From: an uncultured Methylomirabilota bacterium
GTDB taxonomy: Bacteria > Methylomirabilota > Methylomirabilia > Methylomirabilales > 2-02-FULL-66-22
Direction: 5' to 3'
Length of the DNA: 64,000 bases
NCBI GenBank assembly: GCA_963705305.1
Contig: OY970067.1
Location: 5,376,001-5,440,000 of the forward strand
Shown here: in pieces, positions 29,297-37,718 of the stretch
Numbering within the stretch: position 1 is the stretch's first letter
Layout: each line of letters begins with the position of its first letter
Position numbers and translations under genes: made by a program
The notes under the pieces: model-generated
Told to the model about the DNA's origin: nothing
What the model saw: the letters and a program-made list of their open reading frames with translations, nothing else
Databases searched by the model: none

Positions 29297-29679
29297 GTCC
29301 ACTCTCTGTCGGAGAAGCGCTGCGTGGGTAGCCTAACATGATCAACCGGTCATGCAAATCGAAAACTGCCCTTCGCGGGCCGCTGGAAGGCCCATCCACG
29401 CACCCTCCGACCGGTTCAGGGACGGAGGTCCGAGCAGCGCCGCGGGAAAGGCGACAGCGGACAGGAGGGTCGCCGCGGCCCAGGCGCACCGCTGGGTGCG
29501 TCCCTGAGGAAGAATCAGAATCTGCGGGAGACGGATCGGAAGGCTCGATCCTCATCATCGGAGGCAGATGGAATATCCTCGGGGGGCATGCGGGCGGCGG
29601 CGAGGCACCGACAGGGAATGCGGCTCGGCTCATGTGGGGGTCTCTCGCGCCGCCGAAGCATGCATGGTCGCGCCGCGGG

Positions 29680-30168
29680 CTACGAAGGATCCCGCGCGAT
29701 CCACTTGTTCCGCTCCCGGGGATCGGCTTCACCCAGTATCTGCTCGAGGTGATGTTCCAGATGCCTCACGTAGTCGGTGATCACGAACTCCAGACTCGCC
29801 GGTCTGGAGTAGCCCATATCGCACGTGTGACCGAGGGAAGCCGGATCCACGTGCTCGATGATGTGCGCCACGTGCGCGTTGTACCGATACCAAAGCTCGA
29901 CCAGGTCCGGCCACGGTTCGGCGTGATAGCACTGCGCCCGCACCCAGTGTTGCTGGGAATAGGTGAATGCGCCGATGTCCTTCACCTCCTGCATGCGCAC
30001 GATTCGCTGGTGGTTGTTCGCGGCAGAGTCGACCAGGTGGCCGAGAATCTCCTTGCGGGACCATTTATCGGAGTACGGCTTCTCGGACGCGCGCGGCTCT
30101 GAGATGGAAACCAGTCGTGGTTTTGCCGCTTCGACGATGGCGCGAAGATGCCGTGCAATGTCGGTCAT
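29680..30168 (-). CDS. DinB family protein
   Basis: KWSRKEILGHLVDSAANNHQR...DYVRHLEHHLEQI. ATG 30168 after GGAGAGG. Confidence 0.9.
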   Translation of the reverse strand: MTDIARHLRAIVEAAKPRLVSISEPRASEKPYSDKWSRKEILGHLVDSAANNHQRIVRMQEVKDIGAFTYSQQHWVRAQCYHAEPWPDLVELWYRYNAHVAHIIEHVDPASLGHTCDMGYSRPASLEFVITDYVRHLEHHLEQILGEADPRERNKWIARDPS

Positions 30169-30317
30169 GGCCGTCCTCTCCTGGGTCGCCGGATTCGCGG
30201 CACGATGTTGGGGCAGCGCATTCGTCCCAAGCGCCCCCATCCAGCGCCGCCCCTCTTAGTATAGCCTGCTACTCGACGATCGGGGACTCGGTTCGCGCCC
30301 GACATCCCCCGTCCCGT

Positions 30318-31736
30318 TCATCGTGCGAGGCCTCCTCGCACAAGACGCACGAAGTTGTAAATGCGGATAACATCACCCTGGGGACCCCGACCGTTGGGGA
30401 AATTCCGCGGATCGCCGATTTTCGGATCGCTGCGCTGGGCGCCGGCACCGTGAACGTCGGTGTAACGAGACCCCGAGGAGCCGGGACCTCTCCGCTCAAG
30501 ACCAGGCGTGCCGCCGAATCCGGGGCCGCCCGGCCGCGGACCGCCGGGGGGCGGGCCGCCCCATCGCGGGCCGCCCGGTCCCGGGCGCTCGCCCTGTCTC
30601 TGCCTCCCTGTTGGCCAGCCGGCGGCACGGCCGAAGGCGACGTAGACGGCATTCCCGCCCGAGACGAGTGACGCGTGCGTCGTGCTGGTCCAGTAGTATG
30701 GGTAATCGATCTCTCCGATTTCGTTGGTGATGGGGGTGCTGCTGAAGAGCGGATCGATGGCCGCCGTACCGGTGGCGTCGGGGGATCGCGTGTAATCGAC
30801 GATGCTCTGGAGTTCCTTCGCGTTCGGCAAGCGCCAGTCATTGTAGCCGAGATACCGCTCGGCATTCCTGGCCTGGACCCACGCCAGCGCGGCTTCCCAA
30901 TTGAGGCCCCTGCCGCTGTCGGCCTTCGACCACATCAGACCCGTGGCGCGGTCAGCGATGGTGCCGTCCCCGTTGTCACGGAAATCGTTCGCGCCATATC
31001 GCGGGTTGCCGCGCACGAGTAGCACGAAGAACGTCTTCTCCCTGCCGCCTCCGGACATGACCAGATCGTAGCCCTTGATCCGGCCGTCGGCAAAGTTGAC
31101 CCCGAAGAGTTTCGCGGGGCCCGCCAACGACCTGCCGACGTACACCGTGCTCGATGCATACTGGGAGTCGATGAGCCGCTCGCCCCCGCTGTCGTCCCCA
31201 TATGCGAAGGCGAAATACCGCGTGTCGATGAACGGGGTCGGTCGCGCGCCCTCCATGTCGGGTCCGCTGGGGTCGGTACCGCTGAAGTTGATCAGCGAGT
31301 AGAGCTCCTTGATCGTCGGCAGCCGCCAGTCGCCGAATCCCCCGAACCTGACGGCGTTGAGCCGCGCCGGCAGCTCTCGCGCTTGGGCCAAGGTTAGCTT
31401 GTCGCGGCTGTCGAGCACGCCGTCGCCGTTGGTGTCCGGACTGCGCTGCCAGGTCAACCCGGCATTGTTGTCGTGAACGGTCAGGCCGTCGGCCCCGCGC
31501 GTGTAGGAGGGCGCTATCGTCCGGTACTGGGCGTCCTGGCCGTAGAACGGTTGCCCGGGTCTCGGCGGGGCGATGACGCCGCGGTCGTCGTAGCACCGCG
31601 TCTGTCCGGTGCCGACCACCTGGTATGGCAGGGCCGGGCGGAGGTCCGACTCCCGCACCTGGGCATGGCTGAGCGTGGCAGGACCCAGGAGCACGATGGC
31701 GACGATGAGAATTGCCGGGAATATTGCTGGTCTCAT
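30318..31736 (-). CDS. Secreted DUF1566 (Lcl C-terminal) domain protein
   Basis: Signal peptide, two DUF1566 repeats (GLTWQ..DWRLPTIKEL; TGLMW..DWRLPNAKEL), an EF-hand-like loop DTNGDGVLD and a Gly/Pro-rich insert. Confidence 0.88.
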   Translation of the reverse strand: MRPAIFPAILIVAIVLLGPATLSHAQVRESDLRPALPYQVVGTGQTRCYDDRGVIAPPRPGQPFYGQDAQYRTIAPSYTRGADGLTVHDNNAGLTWQRSPDTNGDGVLDSRDKLTLAQARELPARLNAVRFGGFGDWRLPTIKELYSLINFSGTDPSGPDMEGARPTPFIDTRYFAFAYGDDSGGERLIDSQYASSTVYVGRSLAGPAKLFGVNFADGRIKGYDLVMSGGGREKTFFVLLVRGNPRYGANDFRDNGDGTIADRATGLMWSKADSGRGLNWEAALAWVQARNAERYLGYNDWRLPNAKELQSIVDYTRSPDATGTAAIDPLFSSTPITNEIGEIDYPYYWTSTTHASLVSGGNAVYVAFGRAAGWPTGRQRQGERPGPGGPRWGGPPPGGPRPGGPGFGGTPGLERRGPGSSGSRYTDVHGAGAQRSDPKIGDPRNFPNGRGPQGDVIRIYNFVRLVRGGLAR

Positions 31737-31997
31737 CCGCATGTTCCTTTCGGCCGGCTTGCTTTGTGGCACGGCGCACGACGCGGACGCAGTTTTAGCC
31801 TTGAACCGCAAGAACTCTTCAACCGCCATGACGCCAATGCTCCACAGTCCAAGGCGCTCGACGGTTTTGATTCGAGGCACCGAAACGCCCCCTCGGGGGA
31901 CATGTCGCGGTTCCAGGCCCTTGGCATTTTGCCCATTCCAGCCGTGCAATTCTCGGCGCCTTGGCGGTGAGACATTATCGGAATGCGTTTGAGCCTT

Positions 31998-33458
31998 TCA
32001 TCGCACGCCGAACAGGAAGTCCGTGTTCTCGATCTTCGGCATGCGAATCGGCGTCGAGTACAGGAACGGCCCTTTGGGGTCCGAAGGATTGCTCGCGCGC
32101 ATCCGAGTCAGCCTTTCCTTCTGCGCTGCGGTCAGCGTCTGGCCGACCTTCGCAAATGCCGTGGCGTACAGGTATGACATCTCGCCGTCCAGTTCCCCAT
32201 ACCGTTTCGACAGGGCCATAGCCTTGTGCCGGTCGGCGACCTCACCTCGCAGGAAGCGTCGCAATTCGGTGGCGATCGCCCGGCGGATCCGGACAATCTC
32301 GTCGAGGTCCCGACGCTGCAGCTCTATCAGGCCCGTGATGTGCCCCCGTTGTGTATCTGTCAGCGCAGCTAGGAAGGCTTCGCCGCTGTCGCCGGTGAGG
32401 GATGTGCTGATGGCGTAGTCCTGCTTCCCCATGGCCGGGGCGGTCTTCATGCCGAAGCCGCCGAAGTACATGCCGTGACGCTCCGGGCAGAAGTAGGCGT
32501 CGGCCTCCAGGGAGCCAGCGTACCAGGAGAACATCTCGCTGGCGTAGGTCATCACGGCGACATTCACTTCGTGGGACATGCTCCGCTTGTCGAGCTGTTC
32601 CAGGATATCCGGCCACGTCCGGGAATCGCCGAACTTCAGCCTGGCCAGGGTCGCCTTCTGCTGGTCATTCAGGCTGCGGAGGACGCCGCCCGTGACCTGG
32701 GCTCGTTGAAACGCCAACAGGCCGTCCAGCGCGTACAGCTCGGCCGAGTACTGCATCACCGCGTTCTTGTCCAACCCGCTGCTGCCGGCGGGGATCTCGC
32801 CCTGTAGGTTTTGCCGGAACGCCATGATGAGTGGCAGGCGCTTCTCAGCGAACTGCCGGATGTCCTTCTCCTGGGCCTTGGCCAAGCTCAGGAGCTCCGC
32901 CTTCTGATGATCGTTCAGGACCGCCAGCATGTTCTGGGCGATCCGCGTCAGGAAGGAGGTGTTGTGGCCAGCCCCCCCGGCGTCGATGTCCCGCATGTAC
33001 TGAAAGCCGAAGTAGTCGGAGACCTTCCCGGGCGGCAGGAAAGTGTCGCTCCCGAAATCGCCCGTCAGAAAGGCGAGGCCGTCGAAGGCAATCGTGTGGA
33101 GTTGCGCCGTATCGGAGACAGCTTGCTCGATCGAGTACCGTTTCGCAGTGTCGAGTGGCGGCGCTCCTTGTGGAGCGGCAGACTGCCTCGGCCGTGCGTT
33201 TGGCGGGGCGCCCGATGGCTGGTTTGGCCGCGCCGCCAACCCCTGGGGTGATTCCACGCAGGTGGCGGCAACCTGGCCTTCGGGCGTCGTATGCTGAACC
33301 GTATCGCCAGCCTGCTTGCCCCGGCAATCCTCATAGGCCTGAGGCGGCGGTTCGTGACCGCCCGGAGGGAGGGCCTGCGTCGGCTGATCCTGCGCCATCG
33401 CGGCCCCCGCGCACGCGCTCAAGGCCAGCACGAGGACTGCCATTCTCGCTTTCATCAC
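31998..33458 (-). CDS. Secreted hypothetical protein with duplicated Spy/CpxP-like (LTxxQ) helical domains
   Basis: Signal peptide, four LxxxQ motifs (LNDHQ, LNDQQ, LTDTQ, LTAAQ), internal two-fold repeat; GGGAGGTG RBS. Confidence 0.75.
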   Translation of the reverse strand: MMKARMAVLVLALSACAGAAMAQDQPTQALPPGGHEPPPQAYEDCRGKQAGDTVQHTTPEGQVAATCVESPQGLAARPNQPSGAPPNARPRQSAAPQGAPPLDTAKRYSIEQAVSDTAQLHTIAFDGLAFLTGDFGSDTFLPPGKVSDYFGFQYMRDIDAGGAGHNTSFLTRIAQNMLAVLNDHQKAELLSLAKAQEKDIRQFAEKRLPLIMAFRQNLQGEIPAGSSGLDKNAVMQYSAELYALDGLLAFQRAQVTGGVLRSLNDQQKATLARLKFGDSRTWPDILEQLDKRSMSHEVNVAVMTYASEMFSWYAGSLEADAYFCPERHGMYFGGFGMKTAPAMGKQDYAISTSLTGDSGEAFLAALTDTQRGHITGLIELQRRDLDEIVRIRRAIATELRRFLRGEVADRHKAMALSKRYGELDGEMSYLYATAFAKVGQTLTAAQKERLTRMRASNPSDPKGPFLYSTPIRMPKIENTDFLFGVR

Positions 33459-33820
33459 TTCACCTCCCGTGGTCAGAGTGCCCTCCAGACTTCGCCCGCC
33501 CGCGACGATCCCGGCTACACCATGGGCAACCGCCGCGGACGCCGACGAGTCGGTGGTGGCCGTTGTACCCCCCCGCCTCGCCCCATCTGCCGCAGAAGCG
33601 CCACACCCGATTAGAGCCCCGCCGGCGGTGAACGTTTAACCGGAAGCTGCTCGTCCGCCGATCCGCGCGGACGCCGCCTGGCCCCCGTGCGACGTCCCCC
33701 CTTCGGGGGCCCCCGCAGGCTATCGAGAGCAGACGAATTCCCCTGCAGACCAAGCAACGCGTGTGCCGCACGAGGTGCCGGAGGCCGATCCCCCAGAGGT
33801 TTGTAACGATTGTGGACGTT

Positions 33821-34943
33821 TATGGGACGTTGTGGCCTAATTGTCCTAATAACTTCTCTCCAGTTCCCTCCACCTCTCCCCCGCCGCCTGCCCACGCCGG
33901 GCCGCCTTATGCACCGACGATAGTTGGATCCCGAGCCGCCGCGCGAGGGGGCCCGCCGACTGCCCGTACACCTCCAGCCAGATATACGCGATGCCTTCCC
34001 GCACGCGCGCCACCGCCCGGCGCCGGCCGCTCCCTTCGACACTGCCAGGGTGAAGCCCGAGACGCGCGCAGATCCGGGCGACAAGGGCCGGCAGGTCCGG
34101 GTGCCGAGCGGCCGCTTGTTCGCGGGCCTCTACGGCCCGCAAGATCCCTGCAACGAAGTCGCTCCCTCCGAGGATCCGCTCGTCTGCAGCGAATGCCTCC
34201 CGGCCCCGCCGCAAGGCGGTTACAGCCGCCCAGCCTCCGGCGCTACGCCGCAGGCCGCCCCCCTGGAGCTCCGGACGCCGGCCCTGCGCAATTCCATCCT
34301 CCACAAACCGCCGGTACCCCGATCGCGCGGCAGACGGGCGGGATCCAAACCGTTGGAGGACAGCGGTCGTTGCTTGCCAGGTCCGCTCCTGGTGTCCCAG
34401 CAATGCGCTGTGCCCAGACCACGGATAGCGGTGCAGGGCCGCGGCGTCGGCCACGACCCTCGCCCGGAGTGGGTTCAGGTGAATATACCGGACCAACTCA
34501 AGAAAATACGCCTCCTCCTCCACCACGATCGATTTGTACCGATTCTGAAAGAGGTGGCCGTGTCGGCGATGCCGGCGGTTGAACCCGCCGGCATACGCCG
34601 TTAGGAGGCGCCGCATCACTCGGGCCAAGGGTGTCGACCCTGTGCGAAGGAGCAGATGGGCGTGGTTCGGCAGGAGTGCCCATGCGTATGCCGTGACGTC
34701 ATGCTGCACGACGAGCCCAGCGACTCGGTCGAGGAACGCGGCACGATCGACCTCATCTCGGAAGAGGGCACGCCCCTCGATCCCGCGGACCATGACGTGG
34801 TGCAGCGTCCCGGGTGCGTCTAGTCGAGCTGCACGCGGCATAAGCGTCTCACCTCCCCCCTTCCGGCCAGCCTGCGGTCACAGTCTCGTAGTGATGCCGA
34901 GGTTGCTATCATCGATAGGACAATTAGGCCACAACGTCCCATA
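33821..34943 (-). mobile_element. Putative mobile element: HUH Y1 transposase between perfect 28-bp inverted repeats
   Basis: TATGGGACGTTGTGGCCTAATTGTCCTA (33821-33848) and its exact reverse complement (34916-34943). Confidence 0.8.
33846..34841 (-). CDS. REP-associated tyrosine transposase-like (Y1 HUH) protein with C-terminal HTH
   Basis: TLHHVMVRG, HUH motif PNHAHLL, GHLFQNRYKS, RYIHLNP (catalytic Tyr), YPWSGH, C-terminal helix-turn-helix. Confidence 0.92.
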   Translation of the reverse strand: MPRAARLDAPGTLHHVMVRGIEGRALFRDEVDRAAFLDRVAGLVVQHDVTAYAWALLPNHAHLLLRTGSTPLARVMRRLLTAYAGGFNRRHRRHGHLFQNRYKSIVVEEEAYFLELVRYIHLNPLRARVVADAAALHRYPWSGHSALLGHQERTWQATTAVLQRFGSRPSAARSGYRRFVEDGIAQGRRPELQGGGLRRSAGGWAAVTALRRGREAFAADERILGGSDFVAGILRAVEAREQAAARHPDLPALVARICARLGLHPGSVEGSGRRRAVARVREGIAYIWLEVYGQSAGPLARRLGIQLSSVHKAARRGQAAGERWRELERSY

Positions 34944-35051
34944 GGTGTATTGGCTTCTCTATCACATGTGGAGCTGGAGGAGCAAGCGGAGAATGCGAAG
35001 AGGTGGTCTCGGCCCCGTCGCCCGCCGCCACGCGGGCGAGGCCTGACCGAC

Positions 35052-37403
35052 TTACCGCCATTTCTTCAGCACCTGAAACAGATTGCTGTAGTCGTCGGTC
35101 CATACCCTGATCCGGCGGGCGGCCGGGTTCCTCGGCGTCGCCGCCTCGACAATGTCGGATGCCTCCAGCGCGCGGGGATCCCGCGACAGCAGCATCCACG
35201 TGCTGCTGCTCTTGGTGTCATCGTCATCCTCGTCTGTGTCAACGAGAACGCAGGCAAGCCCGAACCCGTCGGCCAGCGCCCACACCTCGCCGCTCAAATC
35301 GAGGTACCGGTTGGAAATGTGAACGGCGAGGATGCTCTCCGGCGCGCGTAGATGTCTAAGGTAGAGCTGTATCGCCTCGCGCGTCAGCAGGTGCACCGGA
35401 ATCGCATCGCTGCTGAACGCGTCGATGGCCAGCACGTCGAATCTCTGGGGGTCGCCGCGCGCCAGCTCGCGCTCCAGGGACAAACGGGCGTCGCCCAAGA
35501 CGACATCCACGGTGGCGGGACAGTCCCGGAGGTACGAGAAATAGTTGCGCGGCCCGAGCGACAGCCGAACCACATCCGGGTTGATCTCGTAGAACCGAAC
35601 GTAATCGCCCGGGCGCGCGTAGGCGGCGGTGATGCCGACGCCGAGGCCGACGATGCCGATCCGCAGGGGCTGCCTTCCGCGCCCGGCGGCGCCGGCGCGC
35701 GGACCATGCTGAAGGGCCAGCCCGATGCCGCTGTCCTCGCTGTAATATGCGGTCGGCAGCCGCCGCTTGTCCTCGGCCCGGAACTGGAACCCGTGCTCGA
35801 TCCGCCCATGGCGCAGCGCGTAGCGCTCCAGCTCCGGGTCGCCGCGATCCCGATCCTCCACGGTCAGCACGCCATAGAAGTTCCGCGACGCCTCGACCGC
35901 CCCTTCCAGCGTCGTGTTCACATCGGAGACCAGCACGCCTCCGAGAAAGGCCAGGCTGACTCCCAGGTATGCGGCAGCCAGGGCCGCCCGGCCGCGAACC
36001 GGGAACCTGGCTCGCAGCCAGGGAATCACGAGCACCAGCGCCGTCAGGACGGCAAGAACGAGGGGACCCGTCAGCCACAGGTGCCGGGCGTCCCGCAGCC
36101 ACCCCCCGGTCACATTCGGAAGGCCGCCCCCCAGCAGGTGGATCGCCAGGGCGTCCGCCCCCGCAAGCGCGAGCGCCGCCGGCCACAGACCGCCCTCCCG
36201 CAGCCAGGAGCGAGGGTCGCGCACCCACACCAGGACGGCCAGCAGGCAGGTCAGCCAGAGACTGACATGCACCTCCCAATAGCCGCGAAACAGCCGCGGG
36301 GCGATCAGGCCGACCGCGACGCCGCCCAGCGCGCCCCCCGTCGCGACCATCAAGTAGAAGGCGGTGAGGTGCCGCGGATCGGGTTTCAGCCGTACCAACT
36401 CCCCGTGACACACCATGCAGCCGGCAAACAGCACGAGGCAGTACGCCGCCACCTGGGTGACGATGCCGATGCCGACACCCCCGTAGAGGACGATTGAGGC
36501 GGCGCCGACGGCCAGCGCCAGCAACGGTCCGAAGACCCCGCGAGCATACCACCTCTCGTGGTCGAAGCAGATGACGAGGGAGATCAGATAGAGGGCCAAT
36601 GGAAGGATCCAGAGAAAGGGAATCGCGGCGACATCCTCGCACATCTGGTTGGTGACCGCCAGGAGCAGCATCGACGCGCAGGCGGCCAGGCTGACCCACA
36701 GCCAGTATAGACGCCGGGAGCCCGACACGCCGGCTCCCGCCGGTTCGGCCAGCGTCACCCCCTCCTGCCGCGCCCCTACGCCCGGCGGGGCCGGATCGAC
36801 CGCCGGCGCCAGATGGAGACACCAGGCGCACAGGATCGTGAATCCGACGTATCCCGCCCCCCAGACGATCGCCTGCTCCCTGAGCGTCAGAGCCGGCTCG
36901 ACCACGAACGGATAGCTCAGGAGCGCCAGCAATGATCCCAGATTCGACAGCGCATACAGGCGATACGGCGACACGCCCGGGCGCAGGCGACGGAACCATG
37001 TCTGGAGCACTGGACTGGTCGTCGACAGCAGAAAGTACGGCAGCCCGATCCCGACGGCGAGCAGGCCGAGGATGTGCGCGATCGGACTCGCCGACCCATC
37101 CGGCCTCCAGGAGGTCGGCGGAAGGATCGGCGATTGCCATGCGAAGAGCAGCAGCACGGCCAATGCCGTCGAGGCGAACAGGAGCCCCACCTGAACCCGG
37201 CGCTGCACGCGCGGGTCGAGGCGGCTGACCGTCCAGTGCGAATATGCATATCCGCCCAGCAGCAGCAGCTGGTAGAACAGCATGCAGGTCGTCCAGACCG
37301 CCGGCGCCCCGCCGAACCAGGGCAGGAGGTACTTCCCCATCAATGGCTGAACCTGGAAGAGCAGGAAGGCGGATAGGAAGATCGTGAGGGCGTAGAAGAT
37401 CAC
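35052..37403 (-). CDS. Fused multi-pass membrane/spermidine synthase-like methyltransferase
   Basis: FLLFQVQP, PWFGG, YALSNLGS, CHGEL, RNFYGVL, HGRIEHG, VGLGVG, YEINP, GDARL, DAFSSDAIPVHLLTREA, WTDDYSNL. Start uncertain. Confidence 0.9.
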   Translation of the reverse strand: MIFYALTIFLSAFLLFQVQPLMGKYLLPWFGGAPAVWTTCMLFYQLLLLGGYAYSHWTVSRLDPRVQRRVQVGLLFASTALAVLLLFAWQSPILPPTSWRPDGSASPIAHILGLLAVGIGLPYFLLSTTSPVLQTWFRRLRPGVSPYRLYALSNLGSLLALLSYPFVVEPALTLREQAIVWGAGYVGFTILCAWCLHLAPAVDPAPPGVGARQEGVTLAEPAGAGVSGSRRLYWLWVSLAACASMLLLAVTNQMCEDVAAIPFLWILPLALYLISLVICFDHERWYARGVFGPLLALAVGAASIVLYGGVGIGIVTQVAAYCLVLFAGCMVCHGELVRLKPDPRHLTAFYLMVATGGALGGVAVGLIAPRLFRGYWEVHVSLWLTCLLAVLVWVRDPRSWLREGGLWPAALALAGADALAIHLLGGGLPNVTGGWLRDARHLWLTGPLVLAVLTALVLVIPWLRARFPVRGRAALAAAYLGVSLAFLGGVLVSDVNTTLEGAVEASRNFYGVLTVEDRDRGDPELERYALRHGRIEHGFQFRAEDKRRLPTAYYSEDSGIGLALQHGPRAGAAGRGRQPLRIGIVGLGVGITAAYARPGDYVRFYEINPDVVRLSLGPRNYFSYLRDCPATVDVVLGDARLSLERELARGDPQRFDVLAIDAFSSDAIPVHLLTREAIQLYLRHLRAPESILAVHISNRYLDLSGEVWALADGFGLACVLVDTDEDDDDTKSSSTWMLLSRDPRALEASDIVEAATPRNPAARRIRVWTDDYSNLFQVLKKWR

Positions 37404-37669
37404 TGGCTTAACGGAAGCTCTGATCGACGAGCATATGATGATCGTGAAGAGAGCCGGTCCCGGAACCGGGGAGCCGCATGCGCACCTCGCGGCCGACCCC
37501 CAGGCCGGCCGGGCCAAAACGGCGGAAGGATACCGCAACCGGGGCTCGGGCTGTCAAGCCGAAGCCAGTCATGGATTGTCCGCTCGTACAACAGACCTTG
37601 ACCCGTAGATGTCGACAGACCCGCAAGGCGTGCCCCTCGAGACCCCACCCGACATGCGTGACCGAAGCG

Positions 37670-37718
37670 CCTGCGACCCCGTGATGGTCGTGGCCCGCGC
37701 AGATTCGAATCCGTTCAG
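37670..37718 (-). pseudogene. Possible vestige of a molybdoenzyme FAD-subunit 5' end
   Basis: CTGA overlaps the large-subunit stop where an ATGA coupling would be expected, and reads (L)NGFESARATTI. Confidence 0.4.

Noticed and set aside
29303..29679. SAM or SAH riboswitch upstream of mtnA
   Set aside because: No SAM-I ATCxAGAG core or SAH consensus recognised; the hairpins present are unremarkable for this GC content.
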